Assembly (NCBI GenBank): GCA_016463515.1
Contig: JAEMRF010000002.1
Coordinates: forward strand, 15,081-79,080
Direction: 5' to 3'
Origin: Solirubrobacteraceae bacterium
GTDB taxonomy: Bacteria > Actinomycetota > Thermoleophilia > Solirubrobacterales > Solirubrobacteraceae
DNA length: 64,000 nucleotides
Part shown: in pieces, positions 36,316-44,890 of the stretch
Layout of the letters: the number at the start of each line of letters is the position of its first letter
Numbering within the stretch: position 1 is the first letter of the stretch
Position numbers and translations under genes: made by a program
Notes under the pieces: model-generated
What the model was told of the DNA's origin: nothing
The model's database searches: none
Seen by the model: only the letters and a program-made list of their open reading frames with translations

Positions 36316-37307
36316 CTAGCCCTGCTCCGGGTCGTCACCTGACGACCGCCGGACTGCAGGAGCATTGGGACGCCGGCGTCCCCGTGGCGATCCCGATCGC
36401 CGGTACACCGACGCTGCGGCTGCGGGTAGACCCGCCACGCAGCCGACTCACGCTCCGTGTGCCGCTCGCGTCCGAAGTCGAGCCACCCGTCAACGCCCTG
36501 GCGCACGTCGCCGTCGAGGTGCGAATCGACGGCAACCAGCGCTTCCTGGAGATCTCGACGACCGACGAACGGCTCGCCGTCGACGGCCACGCCATGCTGA
36601 TGGCCGTCGCCGACCGTATCCAGCTCGACGGCATCGAGCCGGTCGAGGCGTTAGAGCAGACCTTGGCCACCTGGGAGGCCATCCTCGCAAGTCGGGTTCG
36701 GCTTACCGTCCAGGCGGAAGTGGGCCTCGTCGGCGAACTGCTCGTTCTCCGGGCGATGCTCGACACGGCGGCGGCAGGCGCCAGTGCATGGCGCGGTGGG
36801 CTTAGCGAGGAGCACGACTTCGGCTTTGCCGACGTCGACGTTGAGGTGAAGACCACGACCAGTGAGCAACGCAGGCACTGGATCCACGGGCTCGGGCAAC
36901 TCGTACCTACTGGTGATTCACCGCTGTGGTTGCTCTCGGTCCAACTGACCCGTGCCGGTGAAGGCGACGGCCATCGACTCCCTGAGCTCATCGACGACCT
37001 ACGCGTCCGCCTGTCCTGCGCGGACCGGGGGATCTTGGATCAAAGCGTGGCAGCTGCCGGCTGGAGCGACGATCAACGTGATCTGGTGACGGACCGTTGG
37101 CGCCTACGCACCGCTCCCGTCGCCTTTCACGTTGCCGACGACTTCCCGCGCTTGACGCCGGATCTGCTCGCCGCGGTCTCGATTGATGTCGCACCGCTAC
37201 GCCAAGTCACCTACGAGGTCGAACTCACCGGCCAGCCGGCGTCGTTAGATCCGCCGGCAACGGTGGCGACCATCATCAAGGACTTGGGAAAGGGATTCGA
37301 TGACTGA
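36312..37307 (+). CDS. PD-(D/E)XK nuclease-motif protein.
   Basis: EEHDFGFADVDVEVKTTTS is a D...D/E-x-K core. The start overlaps the upstream gene as GTGA. Confidence 0.75.
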   Translation: MTSPAPGRHLTTAGLQEHWDAGVPVAIPIAGTPTLRLRVDPPRSRLTLRVPLASEVEPPVNALAHVAVEVRIDGNQRFLEISTTDERLAVDGHAMLMAVADRIQLDGIEPVEALEQTLATWEAILASRVRLTVQAEVGLVGELLVLRAMLDTAAAGASAWRGGLSEEHDFGFADVDVEVKTTTSEQRRHWIHGLGQLVPTGDSPLWLLSVQLTRAGEGDGHRLPELIDDLRVRLSCADRGILDQSVAAAGWSDDQRDLVTDRWRLRTAPVAFHVADDFPRLTPDLLAAVSIDVAPLRQVTYEVELTGQPASLDPPATVATIIKDLGKGFDD

Positions 37308-40209
37308 CGACGGGCTCTTTGACATCTACGCGGCCGCGCTCGACGCAATGAAGACCGGCGGCCCCTCGGCGCTCGGTCGTCGCGTCCGATTCGAAGCCGA
37401 AGAGCGCGACGCGGAGGCGCTTGCCGAACCTGCAGCGTTGGCCAAGCACCTCGAGCACGCCGCGATCGGGGACCGTCTGTTGGTCAAGCTGCGGCTGGCG
37501 CTAGCCACCTGGGACGCCGACACGCTCGGGCCCTGGACGGACGGCACCGCGCCACGCACCGTAGAACGGCGTCAGCGGATCTACGCGCTCCTCAAGCTCG
37601 ACGACGCATCCGCTGAGGCTTTCGATGCGGCGATGCCGGTGGCCACCGACGACGCCGTGGTCGTGAGCCGCACGTTCAAGCCCTGGTACGGGCGGGTCAT
37701 GGCGGAACGTGACCCGTTCTACTGGTTGCACTACCGCGACTACCTCGCCAAGCGCGGCTGGGACGAGAACGCCATCGCGGCGCTCGACCTCAACACCACC
37801 CGCGTAGTCGAGCGCCTCAGCGATCCGGAACGAGACGAGGCTTATCAGGCCAAGGGCTTGGTCGTTGGTTATGTCCAGAGCGGCAAAACGGCCAACTTCA
37901 CCGGTGTCGTCGCCAAAGCCGTCGACGCTGGCTACAGGCTGGTCATTGTCCTGACGGGCACCACCGACCTGCTGCGCGGACAGACACAGCGGCGGCTCGA
38001 CAAAGAGCTGGCTGGCTACGAGAACCTCATGCGCGGAGTCAACGAGGATGATCACGACGCGCTGCTTACGGTCGACTACGCCGCCGATCCCGACTGGGAT
38101 CAGTTCGTCCGCCACGGTGCGCTCCCGTCCACGCTCGGCGTGACCGACATCTACCGCCTGACCACGCACGCAGGTGACTACAAGAGCCTGAAGCAGGGCA
38201 TCTCGTCGCTGGACTTTGACCGCATCGATCCGGCCCAGCCACTCTATGCGTCGATCAACCTCCATCGCGTGCCGACGCGTATCGCGATCGTCAAGAAGAA
38301 CAAGTCCGTCCTGACCAAGCTGGTCGGCGATCTGAACAGGATTACGGCCAAGCTTGCTGACATTCCGGCTCTGATCATTGACGACGAGTCCGATCAGGCC
38401 TCGATCAACACCTCCGACCCGAAGAAGGTCGAGCAGGGGCGCGCCAAGCGCACGGCGATCAACGCCCTCATCTCACAACTGCTCGAGTCGCTTCCGCGTG
38501 GCCAGTACGTCGGCTACACGGCGACGCCGTTCGCCAACGTGTTCGTCGACCCCAGCGACGCGGTCGACGTGTTCCCGCGCGACTTCATCCTCGCGCTGGA
38601 CCGTGCACCTGGCTACATGGGCGCGACCGACTTCCACGATCTGGAACCGCTCCCGGAAGACGAAGTCGCGACGGTCGCCAACTCAAACGAAGCAGCGTTT
38701 GTGCGGCCCGTAACGGACGAGACTGCCGAAGGCGCCCTTCAAGAGGCAATCGACATGTTCGTGCTCACCGGGGCGATCAAGCTCTATCGAGAGCAGGTGA
38801 CCGGTGACGCCGGTCGGTTCAAGCATCACACGATGCTCGTCCATGAGTCGGTCAAGCAGGCAGATCACCGCGATCTTGCCGATGCGATCCGAGACATGTG
38901 GCGCACCGCCGGCTACTACGGGGCGGGCGGGTTGAGGCGGCTCGAGGCGCTCTTCGAGGATGACGTCCGTTTGGTCATGGACGAGCGAGCTGATGGCGAA
39001 CCGATTCCCGATTCCTTTGCCGACATCAAACCGTTCGTCGGCGAGGTCGTCACCCGTATCGAGGGAGCTGCCAACGATCCGGTCTTGGTCGTCAACGGGG
39101 ACGCGGATGCCGCGAAGGAGGACGTGGACTTTGATAGGCGGTCGCTTTGGCGCGTCCTCGTTGGAGGCGCGAAGCTGTCGCGCGGTTTCACGGTTGAAGG
39201 TCTGACCGTCTCGTACTACCGTCGAGTCACCAAGCAAGCCGACACGTTGATGCAGATGGGCCGGTGGTTTGGCTTCCGTGCTGGCTATAAGGATCTGGTT
39301 CGGCTCTATATCCGGCGCGGGACCGCATTCGATCTCTACGACGCCTTCGAAGCCGCCTGCCGATCCGAGGAGCTGTTCCGGACCGAGATGCAGCGCTACG
39401 CCAAAGTCGAAGAGGGCGTTCCAGCGATTACGCCAGCAGAGGTACCGCCGCTCGTCGCTCAGCACCTTGGATGGCTCAAACCGGCCGCCTCTAACAAGAT
39501 GTACAACGCCCGGCTCGTCGAGCGGCGCTCGCCCGGCGAGCGCCTGGAGCCGGTGGGCTATCCGAAGGCGGCGGATGCCATCAAGACCAACACCGAGACG
39601 CTTCTGCCACTTCTGAAACTCGCATCGAACAAGGGCACGTTTACGTTTCCGACCAAGACGGGGACCGGCACCTTCCCGGGCCCTTGGGGGACGATCGACC
39701 ATCCGAGTTTCGTGACGATGTTGAAGGCACTCCGGTGGCTGCCAGATGATCACTTCCGGCCTGACCTCACCTGGCTCGACGGCCTGACCGAGGAGCAGAT
39801 CGCTGACTGGGTCGTCATCTTGCCCCAACACTCGGGTAAGGGACCACGCGCGACCATCGTCGACTACGGGCCGCTCAGTGTCTTTCGCCGTAAGCGGCGC
39901 CGCGACCCGTTGTTCGGCGCGATCAGCGACCCTAAGCACCGCTGGGCGTCCGACCGCATTGCCGGTGTTGGCACGCATGCCGATCCGCTGGCCGATCAGC
40001 TGCACCAGGAGCGCCGCGGAGCGCTGCTCGTCTATCCGATGGTTGAACAGGAAGATGATGACGACATTCCGGCCGAGCTCAGGGCCGCGGATGTCATCGT
40101 TGCTCTCGTCTTCGTCGCTCCGGAGTCGACAGGGTCGCCTGACAAGCGGCTGGTCCAGTTCGTCGTCAAGGACGTCAACAAGAAGGACGAGCCGATCGTG
40201 GACGCGTGA
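37300..40209 (+). CDS. Z1-domain protein (P-loop, helicase-like N-terminal half).
   Basis: GYVQSGKTANFTG (Walker A), ALIIDDESDQAS (DExx box) and GGAKLSRGFTVEGL. This matches the architecture I know for the Z1 family. It overlaps the upstream gene by 8 nt. Confidence 0.85.
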   Translation: MTDDGLFDIYAAALDAMKTGGPSALGRRVRFEAEERDAEALAEPAALAKHLEHAAIGDRLLVKLRLALATWDADTLGPWTDGTAPRTVERRQRIYALLKLDDASAEAFDAAMPVATDDAVVVSRTFKPWYGRVMAERDPFYWLHYRDYLAKRGWDENAIAALDLNTTRVVERLSDPERDEAYQAKGLVVGYVQSGKTANFTGVVAKAVDAGYRLVIVLTGTTDLLRGQTQRRLDKELAGYENLMRGVNEDDHDALLTVDYAADPDWDQFVRHGALPSTLGVTDIYRLTTHAGDYKSLKQGISSLDFDRIDPAQPLYASINLHRVPTRIAIVKKNKSVLTKLVGDLNRITAKLADIPALIIDDESDQASINTSDPKKVEQGRAKRTAINALISQLLESLPRGQYVGYTATPFANVFVDPSDAVDVFPRDFILALDRAPGYMGATDFHDLEPLPEDEVATVANSNEAAFVRPVTDETAEGALQEAIDMFVLTGAIKLYREQVTGDAGRFKHHTMLVHESVKQADHRDLADAIRDMWRTAGYYGAGGLRRLEALFEDDVRLVMDERADGEPIPDSFADIKPFVGEVVTRIEGAANDPVLVVNGDADAAKEDVDFDRRSLWRVLVGGAKLSRGFTVEGLTVSYYRRVTKQADTLMQMGRWFGFRAGYKDLVRLYIRRGTAFDLYDAFEAACRSEELFRTEMQRYAKVEEGVPAITPAEVPPLVAQHLGWLKPAASNKMYNARLVERRSPGERLEPVGYPKAADAIKTNTETLLPLLKLASNKGTFTFPTKTGTGTFPGPWGTIDHPSFVTMLKALRWLPDDHFRPDLTWLDGLTEEQIADWVVILPQHSGKGPRATIVDYGPLSVFRRKRRRDPLFGAISDPKHRWASDRIAGVGTHADPLADQLHQERRGALLVYPMVEQEDDDDIPAELRAADVIVALVFVAPESTGSPDKRLVQFVVKDVNKKDEPIVDA

Positions 40210-40213
40210 GCGG

Positions 40214-40852
40214 ATGATTCCGGCCGTCGACCTCTCACCCCGGATTCCTGAGCCGCTGCCGGACACGAAAATGCCCCACTCGGATGAGATCAGCGAGGAG
40301 GGGTTCGGCGGGTTCCGCAGCACATGGTTCTTGGGCTGCGTGCCCGTCGACGAAGCCGCCGAGGTTCTCGCCGAAGAGGCACGACTCATCGCTTGGCTCG
40401 ACAATCTCGCTCGGACTGACGAGGAGTTCGAGGATTTGGCGACCACGATCGAAGGTGGGGAGATCGCTGATCTTCCCGACGCGCTCGAGGCACGCGCGAC
40501 AACCGCCGGGCTTGCCTCTCTCATCACCGACCCGGACGACATCCCGCCGCTTGGTGGCTTGGAGATCGGCGTCGCAGGTCTGGCGCACGCCCTGTCGGCT
40601 GTCGGATGTCTGACAGCGGCCAGCTGCCGATCTCACATATCTGATCGCAGCTGGGCGGACTGCCCGGTCGTCTTCTTTGCCGCACCCCCGTCGCGGCTGA
40701 AGGTCCTCGCCGAGATGATCCACGACGCTGGATGCGGGCTGAGCACCGGCCGGAACCTGCTGACGATTGTCGCGCCGTCCATCCGCGAGACGCACAGGCT
40801 TGGTGAGTTGATCGTTCGGGAGCGTCAGCGGTTCCTGCAACTGGCCACGTGA
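40214..40852 (+). CDS. Acidic hypothetical protein (212 aa).
   Basis: The ATG is 5 nt after the Z1 stop. I recognised no motif. Confidence 0.6.
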   Translation: MIPAVDLSPRIPEPLPDTKMPHSDEISEEGFGGFRSTWFLGCVPVDEAAEVLAEEARLIAWLDNLARTDEEFEDLATTIEGGEIADLPDALEARATTAGLASLITDPDDIPPLGGLEIGVAGLAHALSAVGCLTAASCRSHISDRSWADCPVVFFAAPPSRLKVLAEMIHDAGCGLSTGRNLLTIVAPSIRETHRLGELIVRERQRFLQLAT

Positions 40853-40862
40853 ACCGCGAGCG

Positions 40863-42251
40863 GTGCCGGAGGGCCGACGTTGCTGGGCCCCGCGCCGACC
40901 AGGGGCGCGGCCGGCGCCGGCGAACACCACCGCGATGACCTCGAACGCCCACCCGGTCAACCTGCTTGGAATGGGCCAGGTGCTGCGCGACAGTCGCCCC
41001 AAGGACTCGGCTCCGGATCACATCGGGGGCTACGCGAACCTCTACGCCGCGCTGCACTCGCCCGGCCACAAGCACGTGCCGTTCGAGGCCGGCATCAACC
41101 CCATCGCCACCTGCAAGGCTCCGGATGGGGCGCGAGTACCCGCAATCCTCGTCGCATCGAGCCCGCACAAACTCGGCCTGGCAGAGAACCCGTGGCAGGA
41201 CATCTGGGACGTCGACAACGGATGGGTTCGCTACTACGGCGACAACCGCACGCCGGGGGCTGATCCCGCCGCGAAGCCCGGGAACCGTGCGCTCATCACG
41301 GCACACTCGCTACATGCACACCACGACCCTGGCGACCGTACGCGAGCGACGCCGCTGATTCTCTTCCGACGCGTCCCACGAGAGGGGCGCGCCAAGGGCT
41401 TCGCCCAGTTTGAGGGGCTAGGCATCGTCACCGGCGTCGAGTTGGTCACGCAGTACTCGAGCAAGGCCGGGGGCACATTCGCCAACTACGCCTTCGAGTT
41501 GCTCGTGCTGACGCTCGCTTCAGAGCATGAACAGCTGGACTATCGATGGATCACCGATCGCAGGGACGCGGCCAAGCCGCTGGGGTCGACTCTGCGGTAC
41601 GCGCCAAAGGCCTGGAAGGAGTGGGTGGACTCGGGCGCCGTTGCGCTGGACCGCGTGCGACGACGCGTTTCCAAGCTGTTGGTCGAGCCCAAGGACCAGC
41701 AGATGCCCGCGGCAGGAACCCGCGAGGCCACCGTGCTCACTGCGGTCTATGACTACTACGACGGCAAGAAGCACCGTTTCGAGGCGCTCGCGCAGCGAGT
41801 CGCCGAGCGCGCTATCTCCCCGGCCGCGGGCAGTTACGTCCCCGGAGGGCTTACTCGCGGGAGCGGTGATGGGGGCATTGACTTCATTGCGCGCCTCGAT
41901 GTCGGCACCGGGTTCGGTCGCGCGAAGCTGATCGTGCTCGGCCAGGCCAAGTGCGAGAAACCGGGCAACCCGACCCACGGGAACCACATCGCTCGCACTG
42001 TCGCGAGGTTGCGGCGGGGTTGGCTCGGTGTCTACGTCACGACCAGCTACTTCAGCGCGCAGACGCAGCGTGAGGTGATCGAGGACCGCTATCCGATCGT
42101 GCTCGTCTGCGGACGTCGCCTGGCCGAGGAGGTCGGCCGCATGCTCATTGAGCGCGGTGACGACGATGTCACCGCGTTGCTCGACGAGATTGATGCCCAA
42201 TATTCGGCGCCGGTTGCCCCACGAGATCCCGAAGAGTTGCTGTTCCGCTGA
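40863..42251 (+). CDS. Mrr-type restriction endonuclease with an N-terminal SRA/YDG-like domain (predicted reader of modified cytosine). The start is uncertain (ATGs at 40935 and 40971).
   Basis: C-terminal GSGDGGIDFIARL...LIVLGQAKCEK forms the Mrr catalytic core. The N-terminal AGINPI..VPAILVASSP..DNGWVRYYGDNR..GNRAL..PLILFRRV..FEGLGIV follows the SRA pattern. Confidence 0.75.
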   Translation: MPEGRRCWAPRRPGARPAPANTTAMTSNAHPVNLLGMGQVLRDSRPKDSAPDHIGGYANLYAALHSPGHKHVPFEAGINPIATCKAPDGARVPAILVASSPHKLGLAENPWQDIWDVDNGWVRYYGDNRTPGADPAAKPGNRALITAHSLHAHHDPGDRTRATPLILFRRVPREGRAKGFAQFEGLGIVTGVELVTQYSSKAGGTFANYAFELLVLTLASEHEQLDYRWITDRRDAAKPLGSTLRYAPKAWKEWVDSGAVALDRVRRRVSKLLVEPKDQQMPAAGTREATVLTAVYDYYDGKKHRFEALAQRVAERAISPAAGSYVPGGLTRGSGDGGIDFIARLDVGTGFGRAKLIVLGQAKCEKPGNPTHGNHIARTVARLRRGWLGVYVTTSYFSAQTQREVIEDRYPIVLVCGRRLAEEVGRMLIERGDDDVTALLDEIDAQYSAPVAPRDPEELLFR

Positions 42252-42326
42252 CTGGGTGTAGCGCTCAGGTTGTTCTTGCGGTGGTTCGTCCGCCCGCTCG
42301 TGAACACGTTGATCTACCCCTGAACC

Positions 42327-42719
42327 GTGGAGTCAGGTTGCGGCATGGAGCTACGGCTCTCCGGTGATCCGGCGCTCAGCGCGGTCTGCTGGCTTGGAGT
42401 GCTGGATGGGGATGGCACGGTTCAGGACCGGGCTAGCACCGGCGGGCCCAGGATGACTTGGGTCGGGTCTGCCGAGTCCATGGCGCAGTGTGCGGCGTTC
42501 TGGGTATCCGTGCTCAGGCGCCCTGTCCCCACCTACCTCCTCAACCGCAAGGCCAGCCCGCTCTGGGCCGTCACGCTCAGCCACTGCAGTGCGCAACATG
42601 CCGCCGACGTTCTGCTTGCCAGCGCCGAGTACTCGCTGCCGCCGAAGCGACGGAAGCTGACTGCGATTGCGGCCCACCGCAGTGCGAGAGTGTCCGCGCG
42701 TCTTGGGGAGGAGAGATGA
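42327..42719 (+). pseudogene. 5'-truncated paralogue of the LAGLIDADG-like protein at 56220-57323. Only the second LAGLIDADG-type half remains.
   Basis: CWLGVLDGDGT...MAQCAAFWVSVLRRPVPTY...LWAVTLSHCSAQHAADVLLA aligns with CWLGLLDGDGS...MAQCAAYWSPILGRPVPSY...LWAVMLSHRSAQQAASVLLA. Only 75 nt separate it from the upstream gene. Confidence 0.6.
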
Positions 42720-43256
42720 GCCTTGCCGCCACGTTCGGAGGCCCGGTCTCGCTGACGCCGGTCCTTGAGGCTCTGCACCAACTCGTCGGCGACGTCCTGC
42801 GGGTGTCGGTGGCTCCGTGGGGTGACAGGAGCAGGAACCGGTCCTCCGGCACGCTGAGGAGCGTCGAGGTGGAGGAAAACGATGGTCAGGCTCCTGCTGC
42901 AGTGGTGGCGGTTGCGTCCTGCAGTCATGTACATGACTCCGGCTTCCGGTTGAGGGCAGGCGATCTGGGAACGCCCGTCGCATCGGACACTTCGCATCCG
43001 CGACCATGATGGCTGGACGGTAGATCTGGGCCGGGTGGGAACGGCTACGTCCGTCATGGATGACCTCATGCGGCCGGTTGGCGAGGCCGTGACCGACGAC
43101 GATCCTCGCCAGCGATTCACGTCGCCGGCCGGCATCCGAGAGGGTTTGCTCGTACTGCACATGTTCGAGACGGACGACGAGGCGAGAGATCGGATGGCAG
43201 CCCTCCTCGCATGCCTCAGTGAATACGGGCCAGCGCCTAGGCTTAGTGACGCCTGA
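42716..43256 (+). pseudogene. Frameshifted paralogue of 55687-56223.
   Basis: Two ORFs in different frames (42716-43009 and 43035-43256) together align with the intact 178-aa protein (FGGPVSLTPVLEALHQLV/FGGPGLDARALIAALQEFV; DPRQRF/DPVQRH; FETDDEARDRMAALL/SETEADDALRSRLVAL). Confidence 0.55.
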
Positions 43257-43273
43257 ACAGTTAGGGTTGCCGC

Positions 43274-44725
43274 GTGACTCACACCTCCGCGTGGCGCTTC
43301 ATCCTCTTCGTTTGGCTTCTGACCTTCCTGCTCGCGTCGTCTTGGGTGCCTGCCTCCCACGCAACGAGCGGAGCGTTCGCATTCTCGGCGCCGGTGAAGA
43401 TTAGTGACGGGGGGTTCCGCGATGTCGACTGCCCCGAACCGCAGTATTGCGTTGCGCTGACGACGGACAGGACGATCATGGTCGCCGAGGGGCCGCCGCA
43501 GCTCCCAGCGAGCTGGCGTGTTTCCCAGGCGTACCCGGAGGGCGTCAACTTGTTTGCGTTGAGCTGTCCTACGCGGTCATTGTGTGTCGCGACGGGCAGT
43601 AGTGAAGGCTCGAAACCGGAGACAGGTGGCAGCTCTGGAATCCTGGCCACCTCCACGAGCCCGGGAACGCCGAGTTGGTCGTTCCAATCGGCCTCGTGGG
43701 GACCGCGTTCGGTGGAGTGCGCGTCCAATGGGTTTTGTGGTGCTGCCTCGGCTCAGGAGCCAATCGAAGGGGTCTTCACGACTACGAATCCGGCAGGGGG
43801 CGTCGAGAGCTGGACGCCCAGTGTTCAAGTCCCAGGGTCTGCGGACGGACTGGAGCTAGAGGTCGAAGATTGCCCCGCGCCCGGGTTCTGTCTAGTCCGA
43901 GTCCAGGGGCGCGGCCTGTTCTCGCTCGAGGGCTCGACCTTCAGCCTGTCTCTCGCAGCGTTTCGACCGACTAGCTACCTCGGTGGCGGTGCGACATGTC
44001 CCTCAGCCGAGTCCTGTCTCGCCGTCTTCGGCGGTACAACCGGCTCTGACGGCGCGACGTGGGTCGGGACGCGACGACGGGGGCAGCCCGTGCGCTGGAC
44101 GAAGGTCGGCCCGGGTCCGCCGGGAGCATCCGGTCCTGCGTGCCCGGCAGTGAGTCTGTGTGTCGTGTCTTCGGTCGGGGGGACGTCCACTCTGATCAAC
44201 GCGCGGCCCGGCGCCACCTGGACGAGCGACCGTTGGTTCCCCGAAGCGTCGACCTGTTCGGCAGATCGACTTTGTAGCCTCTGGAAGCCGGTGTGCCCGT
44301 CGGTCGGTGCTTGCTTCGGCTTCGGCAATACGGAGCGCACGCTTCCGGACCGCACTCTCTGGACTGGGGCGTACGTCATGGCGGCCGTTCCCGCGATTCG
44401 CTTGAAGGTCGGCCCCGTCTCCCTCAGACGGATCACGAGGCCGTTGATCGTTCGCGTTTCTGGACTCAAGCCACGGACAAAGCTCTGGTTGCGCGTCAAG
44501 GTCGGTAGGGGAACCGTTGTTTCGCGATCGCTCATGGCTGACGGCGCCGGAGCGAGGCTCTTTCGTGTCGCCATACCAACTGACGTATATGGGAGGCCTG
44601 TCCGCACGGCTTTGCGCAGGGCCAACGTCACCATGGAGGTTTCGGGGTCTCGGATCGATGGGGAACTCGACACCGCGACGGTCCAATTGCTCCGCCGTGG
44701 GAGGCCTGTACTGGGCGTTTCGTAG
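43274..44725 (+). CDS. Secreted protein with about eight CPxxxxC-containing repeats and a C-terminal Ig-like tail.
   Basis: Signal peptide FILFVWLLTFLLASSWVPASHA. The repeats are DCPEPQYCVAL, SCPTRSLCVAT, ECASNGFCGAA, DCPAPGFCLVR, TCPSAESCLAV, ACPAVSLCVVS, CSADRLCSLW and CPSVGACFGF. Confidence 0.7.
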   Translation: MTHTSAWRFILFVWLLTFLLASSWVPASHATSGAFAFSAPVKISDGGFRDVDCPEPQYCVALTTDRTIMVAEGPPQLPASWRVSQAYPEGVNLFALSCPTRSLCVATGSSEGSKPETGGSSGILATSTSPGTPSWSFQSASWGPRSVECASNGFCGAASAQEPIEGVFTTTNPAGGVESWTPSVQVPGSADGLELEVEDCPAPGFCLVRVQGRGLFSLEGSTFSLSLAAFRPTSYLGGGATCPSAESCLAVFGGTTGSDGATWVGTRRRGQPVRWTKVGPGPPGASGPACPAVSLCVVSSVGGTSTLINARPGATWTSDRWFPEASTCSADRLCSLWKPVCPSVGACFGFGNTERTLPDRTLWTGAYVMAAVPAIRLKVGPVSLRRITRPLIVRVSGLKPRTKLWLRVKVGRGTVVSRSLMADGAGARLFRVAIPTDVYGRPVRTALRRANVTMEVSGSRIDGELDTATVQLLRRGRPVLGVS

Positions 44726-44890
44726 GGTCGTGCTCGCACCGGTCTCCGCCCGGGCGAAGCCATTGGCTCGGAGGCGTGGATCGGAGGCAGGTCAGAGGAC
44801 AGCCAGCGGTCGGCGACTCCCAAAGCTGCGCTCGCCACGTCGCCCAATGATGTTGCTCGGGCGATCTTCGCCATTGTAGAGTGCGGCTCC

